Shown: positions 8,169 to 15,646 of the stretch, one piece after another
Position numbering within the stretch: the stretch's first letter is position 1
How the letters are laid out: every line of letters starts with the position of its first letter
Assembly (NCBI GenBank): GCA_038999215.1
Contig: JAWABM010000009.1
Span: 609 to 28,297 of the forward strand
Direction: 5' to 3'
DNA: 27,689 nt
Source: Candidatus Aenigmatarchaeota archaeon
GTDB taxonomy: Archaea > Aenigmatarchaeota > Aenigmatarchaeia > Aenigmatarchaeales > JACQIB01
Program-made: the position numbers and the translations under genes
Notes under the pieces: model-generated
What the model saw: the letters and a program-made list of their open reading frames with translations, nothing else
The model's database searches: none
What the model was told of the DNA's origin: nothing

Positions 8169-8720
8169 ATGCTCATACGAATAATACCGGTAGGCAACAT
8201 ACCAGAGAAGGTCCTGGAATCGGTGAAAGCCGCGCTGCCTGACATATTCAACGCAGAAGTAAGGGTGCTGGGGCAGCACGCCATACCGTCCGAGTCCTAC
8301 AACAACTGGAGGAAACAGTATGACGCCGAGAAAATAATAAGCATTCTGACCCAGGAAAAGGACGCGCAGTTCATAGACAAGGACATCCCCACTCTGCTTA
8401 TAGCGGACAAGGACCTCTATTATGACGGCATGAACTTCGTATTCGGCATAGAGGACATGACAAAAGGCTGCGCCATAATCTCCATAGCGAGGCTGAAGCC
8501 GGAATTCTACAAGAACGCGACCAACATGACCGTCCTCACGGAAAGGGTCATAAAAGAAGCCGTCCATGAGATAGGCCACCACCTAGGATTGGAGCACTGC
8601 AAGCATCCGTTCTGCGTTATGTGCTTCTCGCCGAGCATCGAGGATGTGGACAACAAGCAGAAATACTTCTGCAACGGATGCAAACTCAAGGCATCCACCA
8701 AAGGGATAAATCTGGATTAG
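8169..8720 (+). CDS. amzA: Archaemetzincin zinc metalloprotease
   Basis: HEIGHHLGLEHC...CVMCFS......D.K...FC..C (HExxHxxGxxH plus Cys4 zinc site), 'RKQYDAE', 'DLYYDGMNFVFG'. Start at ATG 8169. Confidence 0.95.
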   Translation: MLIRIIPVGNIPEKVLESVKAALPDIFNAEVRVLGQHAIPSESYNNWRKQYDAEKIISILTQEKDAQFIDKDIPTLLIADKDLYYDGMNFVFGIEDMTKGCAIISIARLKPEFYKNATNMTVLTERVIKEAVHEIGHHLGLEHCKHPFCVMCFSPSIEDVDNKQKYFCNGCKLKASTKGINLD

Positions 8721-8762
8721 CCGCTTTTATAAAGTCTTGCGCTCGATTCTAATTGTGGTAAA

Positions 8763-9251
8763 ATGAAGGCTGATATAAGGGAAGGCAAGGTCATAGCGGA
8801 CGGTACGGAGCTGTACAACAGCGGATGGTACGGGGATCTGGAAGGAAAGGGGGTGATGCTGAACCTCGTAGAGGCGATGTTCCTTCTGGAAAAGGGGAAA
8901 ATCGAGATAGCAAAGCATGATGCCGAATCCTTCTTCAGGTTCTGCACGAAGTTCGACCAGCATTTCACGGCCAGATACTCCGTGTACAAGGACCTGAGGG
9001 AAAGGGGCCTGCCTGTCAGGCTCGGCTACAAGGGCAGCGACTTCCGCGTCTATGAGCGCGGGGCGAGCGCGGGCAAGCCGGGCAAGGTGAAGTGGATAGT
9101 CTTTGCCGAGGCCGAGGATTATCAGTGCGAGATGGACAAGCTCGGTAAGGCGATAGGTCTAGCGAAGAACATAAGGGCGATAGCGTTGTGGGCTGTCGTT
9201 GACAACGATCTGGACATAACGTATTATGTGATAAATTCAATTTCGCCGTGA
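8763..9251 (+). CDS. endA: tRNA-splicing endonuclease, probable structural (beta) subunit
   Basis: 'LNLVEAMFL', 'VYKDLRERG', 'DFRVYERG'. Lacks the catalytic His and Lys but retains the acidic L10 loop 'VVDNDLDITYY'. Confidence 0.88.
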   Translation: MKADIREGKVIADGTELYNSGWYGDLEGKGVMLNLVEAMFLLEKGKIEIAKHDAESFFRFCTKFDQHFTARYSVYKDLRERGLPVRLGYKGSDFRVYERGASAGKPGKVKWIVFAEAEDYQCEMDKLGKAIGLAKNIRAIALWAVVDNDLDITYYVINSISP

Positions 9252-9787
9252 TGCTCATGATGAAGGCTCAGCTCGCTAAGGACAGGGTGATTGTCTGGGA
9301 CAAGAAAGGCGCAGAAGCGCTCTTCGATGAAGGCGCGTTCGGCAAGCTCGTGGCGGAAAGGCTGGAGCTGTCGCTAGTAGAAGCGGCATATCTTTCGGAA
9401 AAGGAAAGGTTGGAAATAATCGACGACGGCAAGGCAATCGGCACGGAAGCCTTCATAAAATATTGCAATATGGTCGACAGCAGGTTCGATTGCAGATACG
9501 CCGTTTACAAGGACCTGCGCGAAAGGGATCTTCCGGCGCGCACAGGCTTCAAGTTCGGCTGCGATTTCAGGGTGTATGCGAAAGGCGTGAAGCCTCTGAA
9601 GCGCGGGCCAAAGTCCGCGAAGGAGCACACCAAGTGGATAGTGTTCGCTGTACCGGAAGGATACGTTTTCAGCTTCCCCGAACTTTCAAGAGCAGTCCGC
9701 CTGGCACACAACATAAGGGCGAACATGCTCTGGGCGGTGGTCGGGAAGCAGGTCAGATATTACCAGGTCGAGTTTTTTAAACCTTAG
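9251..9787 (+). CDS. endA: tRNA-splicing endonuclease, probable catalytic (alpha) subunit
   Basis: 'DRVIVWD', 'LSLVEAAYL', 'VYKDLRER', 'TGFKFGCDFRVY' (Tyr), 'KEH' (His), 'RAVRLAHNIR', C-terminal 'KP'. The start could be 9248, 9251, 9257 or 9260. Confidence 0.93.
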   Translation: MLMMKAQLAKDRVIVWDKKGAEALFDEGAFGKLVAERLELSLVEAAYLSEKERLEIIDDGKAIGTEAFIKYCNMVDSRFDCRYAVYKDLRERDLPARTGFKFGCDFRVYAKGVKPLKRGPKSAKEHTKWIVFAVPEGYVFSFPELSRAVRLAHNIRANMLWAVVGKQVRYYQVEFFKP

Positions 9788-9829
9788 AACATATAAATAA
9801 AGGAATCCTACAATAAACTTAATGGAGGT

Positions 9830-10984
9830 ATGTTCATGCAGGTCGAAGACATAATGTCAAAAGACGTTCTTAGCCTGAAAGGAAATGACACGATAAGCGA
9901 TTTCATTTCGCTGATGGAAAGCGAGCATATACACGAGGTTCCGATAATAGAGGACGGCAAGCTTGTAGGAATGGTGAGGTTCAACACGCTCATGAGCAAG
10001 GGCGTAACCGACCCTGCAAACCAGAAACTCGGCAGCATAATGGACTTTCCACCGCCAGCGCTCAACCCAAAGATGAGCGTGGAGGAGGCCGCAAACATAA
10101 TCTCAAAGACAGGGCTCAGGGGCCTGCCGGTCGTAGACAACAAGAAAGTCGTCGGCATCGTATCGATATTCGACATACTTGAAGTGGCAGCAACATCTAA
10201 GGATTTCAGGCAGACTGCGGCAGGCGACATAATGTCAGAGGCGATCATAATTTCCGAAAACTCTGACATAGGAGCGGCCAGGGTGATGATGAGGGAGAAG
10301 GGAATATCCAGGATACCTGTCGTCGACAGCAATGGCAAGCTCATCGGCATAGTGACAGCCTTCGACATGCTCAGAGCGATAAGGCAGCCGAAGGAAAAGA
10401 TGACGTGGTACAACATGGCTGCGGAAATGGAGGCATTCACAGCCATGCCTGTCGTCAACATCATGAACAAGAATCCTCCAACCGTTAGCAAAAAAGATAG
10501 CCTGAACGAGGTCGTCGGGGACATGGTAAGATACAAGACGTCCGGAATAACGGTCGTTGAGGATAACGTGCCTGTGGGCGTCGTGACAGTCAAGGATCTT
10601 CTGGAAGTGTATGTCGCCGGTGGCCTACAGAAGGGAGTATATTACCATGCGATAGGGCTTGAGGACGAGGACGAATTCATAGTGAGCACTGTGCACAGGA
10701 TGATAGGCGACTGCATCAGCAAGATATCAAGCATATATCCCGTGCAATTCATGTTCGTGCACTTCAAAAAATACAAGTACAAAGGTTTGAAAGCGAAATG
10801 GTCGGTCAGAGCCAGGGTCATGACCGACAAAGGTATGTTCATATCCAAGTCGTGGGGATGGGACCCTAGGGACGCGGCCAACGATGCGCTCAGCAGGCTT
10901 GACAGGGAAATAGTCGACAGAAAGAAGGTCACAAAAGACAAGATCAAGCGCAATGCAAGGATGCTGAAGGACAGGATGAAGTGA
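9830..10984 (+). CDS. 4xCBS-domain protein with a C-terminal HPF/RaiA-like domain (putative ribosome hibernation factor)
   Basis: Four CBS repeats (VPIIEDGKLVGMV, LPVVDNKKVVGIVS, IPVVDSNGKLIGIVT, VVEDNVPVGVVT) plus a basic ~115-aa tail 'VHFKKY...WSVRARVMTDKGMFISKSWGWDPRDAANDALSRLDREI' with the HPF-like strand/helix pattern. GGAGGT SD upstream. Confidence 0.8.
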   Translation: MFMQVEDIMSKDVLSLKGNDTISDFISLMESEHIHEVPIIEDGKLVGMVRFNTLMSKGVTDPANQKLGSIMDFPPPALNPKMSVEEAANIISKTGLRGLPVVDNKKVVGIVSIFDILEVAATSKDFRQTAAGDIMSEAIIISENSDIGAARVMMREKGISRIPVVDSNGKLIGIVTAFDMLRAIRQPKEKMTWYNMAAEMEAFTAMPVVNIMNKNPPTVSKKDSLNEVVGDMVRYKTSGITVVEDNVPVGVVTVKDLLEVYVAGGLQKGVYYHAIGLEDEDEFIVSTVHRMIGDCISKISSIYPVQFMFVHFKKYKYKGLKAKWSVRARVMTDKGMFISKSWGWDPRDAANDALSRLDREIVDRKKVTKDKIKRNARMLKDRMK

Positions 10985-10993
10985 GGCACCAAC

Positions 10994-11125
10994 ATGCAGA
11001 CTACCTGCGATAAGTGCAAAAAATCGATCAAAGAAGTCGGAAGACTGAACAAGGTCAGCAAGCGCGGAGTGACTCAGAAGATCTGCAAGTTCTGCAGGAA
11101 GAAAATGAAGATATCCTATAGCTGA
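10994..11125 (+). CDS. Small basic CxxC...CxxC zinc-finger protein (43 aa)
   Basis: Below the ORF-track cutoff. MQTTCDKCKKSIKEVGRLNKVSKRGVTQKICKFCRKKMKISYS*. It fills the gap, starts 9 nt after the CBS gene stop, has a GTGAGG SD-like motif, and has codon style like its neighbours. Confidence 0.75.
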   Translation: MQTTCDKCKKSIKEVGRLNKVSKRGVTQKICKFCRKKMKISYS

Positions 11126-11736
11126 AGCATCCAGCGCCTTTCCCAGCTGTCCAGTTCCGCTTTGCTGAGCGGACCGCTGCTCTTCTGCCTCGGCTGCTCT
11201 CCGTATCTCTTCATTAGAGTATAGCCGTAAGCCAGTCCGAACGCCAGGCCGAAGAGGTGCGCTGCGTTGGCGGTCTGGCCGGGCGCAAACATGCCAACTA
11301 AGTCTATCAATGCCCAGACGAAGGCGGCAACGAACATCGGCATTGGTATGCCTGCCACCCAGACCACCATTTTCGGCCTGAGCATGGTGAGCGCGCCGAG
11401 TATCGCGAATATCGCTCCGCTGGCGCCAAGCGAAGCGTTATAAAATATCGCCGCGCCTATGCTGGCAAAGAACCCCCCTACAAAGAAGAGCACCAGGAAC
11501 CTCTTATGGCCTATTATCGATTCCAGCACCGTGCCGAACAGCACGAGAGCGAACATGTTGTAAAGTATGTGCTCCAAGGACCCGTGGAGGAAGATTGAAG
11601 TTATCAGCGTCCATGGGGCGAAGAGCACGTTCGACGACACGAGCACGAAAGCCTCGGTGAAGGGTTCGAACGACACCTGCGCAATGAATACGAATACGCA
11701 GAACAGTGCCAACCTGATTGACCAGCGCTCGAACAT
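11116..11736 (-). CDS. Rhomboid family intramembrane serine protease
   Basis: 'PWTLITSIFLHGSLEHILYNM', catalytic GASG, 'AHLFG', multiple TMs. Confidence 0.96.
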   Translation of the reverse strand: MFERWSIRLALFCVFVFIAQVSFEPFTEAFVLVSSNVLFAPWTLITSIFLHGSLEHILYNMFALVLFGTVLESIIGHKRFLVLFFVGGFFASIGAAIFYNASLGASGAIFAILGALTMLRPKMVVWVAGIPMPMFVAAFVWALIDLVGMFAPGQTANAAHLFGLAFGLAYGYTLMKRYGEQPRQKSSGPLSKAELDSWERRWMLQL

Positions 11737-11741
11737 AAAGA

Positions 11742-13199
11742 TTACTTCAGCTTCCCGCGTATGAAGTCCTTGAGACGGTCAGTCTCGACCCTCTCCTGCC
11801 CGGTGCTGTCCCTGTCCCTCACCGTGACGGTCCCGTCTTCAAGGGTCTGATGGTCCACCGTTATGCAGAACGCCGTTCCGATCTCATCCTGCCTGTAATA
11901 TCTCTTTCCTATGCTTCCGGTGTCGTCGTAGAAGCAATCGAACGATTCTCTGAGCATGCCGTACACTTCCATGGCCTTCTCAGGCAGGCCGTCCTTGTTC
12001 ACCAGAGGGAATATGGCCGCTGTAAAAGGCGAGAGCGCAGCAGGAAGGCTTATCAGCAGCCTTTCGCCGTCCTTCCTGTAATGCACGTCCATCATCGCAA
12101 GGATCATCCTGTCCACTCCGAACGAGAGCTCGAGCACGTGCGGCACGAACCTCTTGCTGTCGAAAAAGACCTCCTGTCTCTGCTTAGATTCTTTCTCGTG
12201 GCCCCTCAGATCGTGGTCCGTCCTGTAGTGGACGCCGCCCGTCTCCTTGAAGCCCCCTAGGCAGGAAATGTCGACCTCGATATCCCAATGTATCTTGTTG
12301 TAAAAGGCGCGCTCCTCCTCGGAAAGCTCCCTGAACCTGAACTTCTCCTTCGGCACCCTGAGCACGTTCAGGTAGAAGTCCTGGACCTTCGACATGTGGT
12401 ATACATAAAACTTCGGGAGCTTCAGGTCCTTGTTAGCCTCCTCGCACGTCATCTCGACCATCTTCTTCTTGAAAGGCAGAAGAACGAGCTTCTTCCTTTT
12501 CACGGCATCCCAACCGCTATGCTCGTTAATCTTGTCAGGATCGAAGAATATCTGCAGCTCGGCCTGATCGAACTCCCTCATTCTTGAGGTTAGCTGGCGC
12601 GGAGATATCTCGTTCCTGAATGCGCGGCCGATTATGGCCAATCCCAATGGCAGCTTCTTGCGGAGCACCTCAAAGGACTGGGCGAAATTCACATATGCGC
12701 CCTGCGCGGTCTCGGGCCTCAGATAACCGACCACGTCCCCTGTCGGTCCTATCGGAACTTTGAACATCATGTTGAAAATGCTCACGCTTTCTAATTCACC
12801 CTTGCACTTCGGGCACCTTACGCCCTTCTTCCTTATCACCTCTGCCAGCTGCTCGGCCGGCATGCCCTCGAATTTCTCGTGCAAGAATTCCTCCATTATG
12901 TGATCGGCCCTATGGGCCGTACCGCACTTACCGCACTTGGCTACCGGATCAACAAAATTATCCAGATGGCCTGAAGCCTTGAAAACCTTCTCGGACATTA
13001 TCTGCCTTGCGTCTACCTCGAAAAAGTTCTGGTCAAGGCCGAGGAAATACCTTCTCCAAGCGCCCTCTAGCTTGCGCTTGAATGCCGTGCCTATCGGACC
13101 GTAATCGTAAAAGCCCGCGAAGCCACCGTATAAGTCGGAGGAAAGCCAAAAAATGCCCCTCCTCTTCGCCAGCGCCTCTATCTCCTCTATTTTCGGCAT
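11742..13199 (-). CDS. glyS: Glycyl-tRNA synthetase (alpha2, archaeal/eukaryal type)
   Basis: 'GFYDYGPIG', 'VFKASGHLDNFVDP', 'YLRPETAQG', 'FRNEISPR', 'RMREFDQAE', 'ELSFGVDR', 'GSIGKRYYRQDEIGT'. Start at ATG 13199 after GGAGGG. Confidence 0.97.
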   Translation of the reverse strand: MPKIEEIEALAKRRGIFWLSSDLYGGFAGFYDYGPIGTAFKRKLEGAWRRYFLGLDQNFFEVDARQIMSEKVFKASGHLDNFVDPVAKCGKCGTAHRADHIMEEFLHEKFEGMPAEQLAEVIRKKGVRCPKCKGELESVSIFNMMFKVPIGPTGDVVGYLRPETAQGAYVNFAQSFEVLRKKLPLGLAIIGRAFRNEISPRQLTSRMREFDQAELQIFFDPDKINEHSGWDAVKRKKLVLLPFKKKMVEMTCEEANKDLKLPKFYVYHMSKVQDFYLNVLRVPKEKFRFRELSEEERAFYNKIHWDIEVDISCLGGFKETGGVHYRTDHDLRGHEKESKQRQEVFFDSKRFVPHVLELSFGVDRMILAMMDVHYRKDGERLLISLPAALSPFTAAIFPLVNKDGLPEKAMEVYGMLRESFDCFYDDTGSIGKRYYRQDEIGTAFCITVDHQTLEDGTVTVRDRDSTGQERVETDRLKDFIRGKLK

Positions 13200-13297
13200 A
13201 TCATTCCCTCCTAATTTTGTCCAGCGCTTATTTAAGGTTTTACATGGGAAGTGCAAAAGCCAAATTATAAAAGCGGGCCAAGATAATAGTTGGTATT

Positions 13298-14413
13298 ATG
13301 GCAGACGAAATGCTGGTCACGCCCTACGAGGTGAAGGGGGAGATAGATTATGATAGGCTGATCAAGGACTTCGGAATATCCGAAATAACTCCGGAGCTTA
13401 GGAAGAGGCTTGAAAAGCATCTCGGAGACAACATGTTCCTGAGAAGGGGGATATTCGGCTTCCACAGGGACCTTGATTTCATATTGAAGGAGTACGAAAG
13501 GGGGAACAAATTCCATCTTTACACAGGCAGGGGCCCTTCAGGGCAGACGCACCTCGGGCACCTCATACCCTACATTTTCACAAAGCAGCTGCAGGACGCC
13601 TTCAGGGTGAAGCTGCTATTCCAACTTACGGACGACGAGAAGTTCATGCACCGCCCGGAGCTGAGCATAGAGGACGCGAAGAACTTCTCGTATGACAACG
13701 CGCTCGATGTGATAGCGACAGGATTCGACCCCAAACTCACGGAGATATTCGTGGACACAGAATATGCCAAGACGCTATACAACCAGGCGATAAGGATAGC
13801 CAAGCATATCACTTTCTCGACCGCCAAGGCCACCTTCGGGTACGGGAACGACACGAACGTTGGCAAGATATTCTTCACCAGCATGCAGGCAGTTCCTGCA
13901 ATGCTGGAATCCGTGAGGAAAGGAAGGAACGTGCCCTGCCTGATACCGCACGCGGTCGACCAAGACCCGCATTTCAGGGTAGCAAGGGATGTCCTGCCGA
14001 AGCTCGGCTACCTCAAGCCGGCGTCGATACAATGCAAGTTCATACCTGGTCTTGGCAAGGGCGGGAAGATGTCGGCCAGCGAACCGGCGACCACCATATT
14101 CACGACGGATGATGACAAGGTTATAGAGAGCAAGGTGAAGGGAGCGTTCACCGGAGGCAGGGAGACTATAGAGGAGCAGAAGAGGCTCGGAGGAAATCCC
14201 GACATATGCCCCGTCTACATGTACTACTATTTCCTTTTCGAGCCAAATGACGGCAAGCTGAAGGAAAGGATGCTGGCATGCAGGGGCGGGAAACTCATGT
14301 GCGGTGAATGCAAAGCACATCTCATACCCCGCATGCAGAAGTTTTTCGCGGAGCACAGGAAGAAGAGAGAGAAGGCGAGGAAGCTGATGGACAAGTTCAT
14401 GGTGAAAGATTGA
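13298..14413 (+). CDS. trpS: Tryptophanyl-tRNA synthetase (archaeal type)
   Basis: 'LYTGRGPS', HLGH, 'QLTDDEKF', 'VDQDPHFR', KMSAS, 'AFTGGR'. Confidence 0.98.
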   Translation: MADEMLVTPYEVKGEIDYDRLIKDFGISEITPELRKRLEKHLGDNMFLRRGIFGFHRDLDFILKEYERGNKFHLYTGRGPSGQTHLGHLIPYIFTKQLQDAFRVKLLFQLTDDEKFMHRPELSIEDAKNFSYDNALDVIATGFDPKLTEIFVDTEYAKTLYNQAIRIAKHITFSTAKATFGYGNDTNVGKIFFTSMQAVPAMLESVRKGRNVPCLIPHAVDQDPHFRVARDVLPKLGYLKPASIQCKFIPGLGKGGKMSASEPATTIFTTDDDKVIESKVKGAFTGGRETIEEQKRLGGNPDICPVYMYYYFLFEPNDGKLKERMLACRGGKLMCGECKAHLIPRMQKFFAEHRKKREKARKLMDKFMVKD

Positions 14414-15645
14414 TGTACGTACTCACGAAGGAAGGAAAGGACTACCTTGACAACGGCCTGCCAGAGAAGAGGCTCCTGCATGTACTCAGGGCAGGAAAGA
14501 AGGCGGTGAGCGGCCTCAATCCGATAGCGGTCGGGTGGGCGAAGAAGAACGGCTGGATAAGGATAGAGGCGGGGTACGCGGAGCTAACGCAGGAAGGCAG
14601 GGAGATGGTTGGAAGGAAGACAAACATGGAAATCGCGCTAGAGGATGTAAGCAAAGGCGAGAAGGTCGACCAAAAGATAATCTCGGTACTGCTGAGCAGG
14701 AAGCTTGTGCAGGAGGAGGGGGCAGAGGCCGAGGAGGTAAGCGAGATAACGCAGCTCACGCCGAGCATGATAGCCGGTGGGAAATGGAAGGGCGTGCCTT
14801 TCAGGCCATACGACATCAAGGCTCCTGCTCCTGAGGTCTGGCCGGGCAAGAAGCACTTCTTCACGCAGGCAATCGAGCACATAAGGAAGGTGTGGCTTGA
14901 AATGGGGTTCACGGAAATGAGCGGGCCCATGGTTGAAACGGCATTCTGGAACTTCGACGCGCTATACCAGCCACAGGACCATCCTGCAAGGGACATGGCC
15001 GATACATTTTACATGAAGAACCCCAGGACAGGAAAAATTCCAGCAGCCATAGCAAGCAGGGTCAAGGAAATGCATGAAAGCGGGGACGATATAGACAGCA
15101 CTGGCTGGCAGTACAAATGGAGCTCCGAAGTGGCAAAGCAGCTATGCCTAAGGACGCACAGCACATCGCTCTCCGCGCGCACGCTCGCAAGCCTGAAACC
15201 TGAGGATCTGCCAGCGAAGTTCTTCTCAATAGGAAAGGTGTTCAGGAATGAGGTGCTGGACTGGAAGCACCTGTTTGAGTTCTTCCAGACCGACGGAATA
15301 GTCGTGGACGAGAACGTCAACTTCAGGCACCTGCTAGGATATCTCAGAAGGTTCCTGGACAAGATGGGCTACAAGAAGGTCAGGTTCAGACCGTCATACT
15401 TCCCTTACACGGAGCCTAGCGTTGAAATGGAAGTGTACATACCTGAGAAAAAGAGCTGGATGGAGCTTGGTGGCGCAGGCATGTTCAGGCCAGAGGTGGT
15501 GAAGCCTCTGCTCGGGAAGGAAATACCTGTGCTCGCATGGGGCCCTGGGCTAGAAAGGCTTATAATGGAGGCCTATGCGCTGAAGGACATCAGAGACGTC
15601 TACAGCAACAACCTTGCGATATTGAGGAGAACGAGGATGTGGTGA
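14413..15645 (+). CDS. pheS: Phenylalanyl-tRNA synthetase alpha subunit
   Basis: 'FWNFDALYQPQDHPARDMADTF', 'LRTHST', 'KVFRNE', 'FRPSYFPYTEPS', 'GAGMFRPE', 'AWGPGLERL'. Start at ATG 14413 (TGATG overlap with trpS). Confidence 0.97.
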   Translation: MYVLTKEGKDYLDNGLPEKRLLHVLRAGKKAVSGLNPIAVGWAKKNGWIRIEAGYAELTQEGREMVGRKTNMEIALEDVSKGEKVDQKIISVLLSRKLVQEEGAEAEEVSEITQLTPSMIAGGKWKGVPFRPYDIKAPAPEVWPGKKHFFTQAIEHIRKVWLEMGFTEMSGPMVETAFWNFDALYQPQDHPARDMADTFYMKNPRTGKIPAAIASRVKEMHESGDDIDSTGWQYKWSSEVAKQLCLRTHSTSLSARTLASLKPEDLPAKFFSIGKVFRNEVLDWKHLFEFFQTDGIVVDENVNFRHLLGYLRRFLDKMGYKKVRFRPSYFPYTEPSVEMEVYIPEKKSWMELGGAGMFRPEVVKPLLGKEIPVLAWGPGLERLIMEAYALKDIRDVYSNNLAILRRTRMW

Positions 15646-15646
15646 T

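Noticed and set aside
13200..13256. Upstream extension of glyS (MHFPCK...)
   Set aside because: It runs through the divergent promoter region. An SD-like GGAGGG supports ATG 13199.
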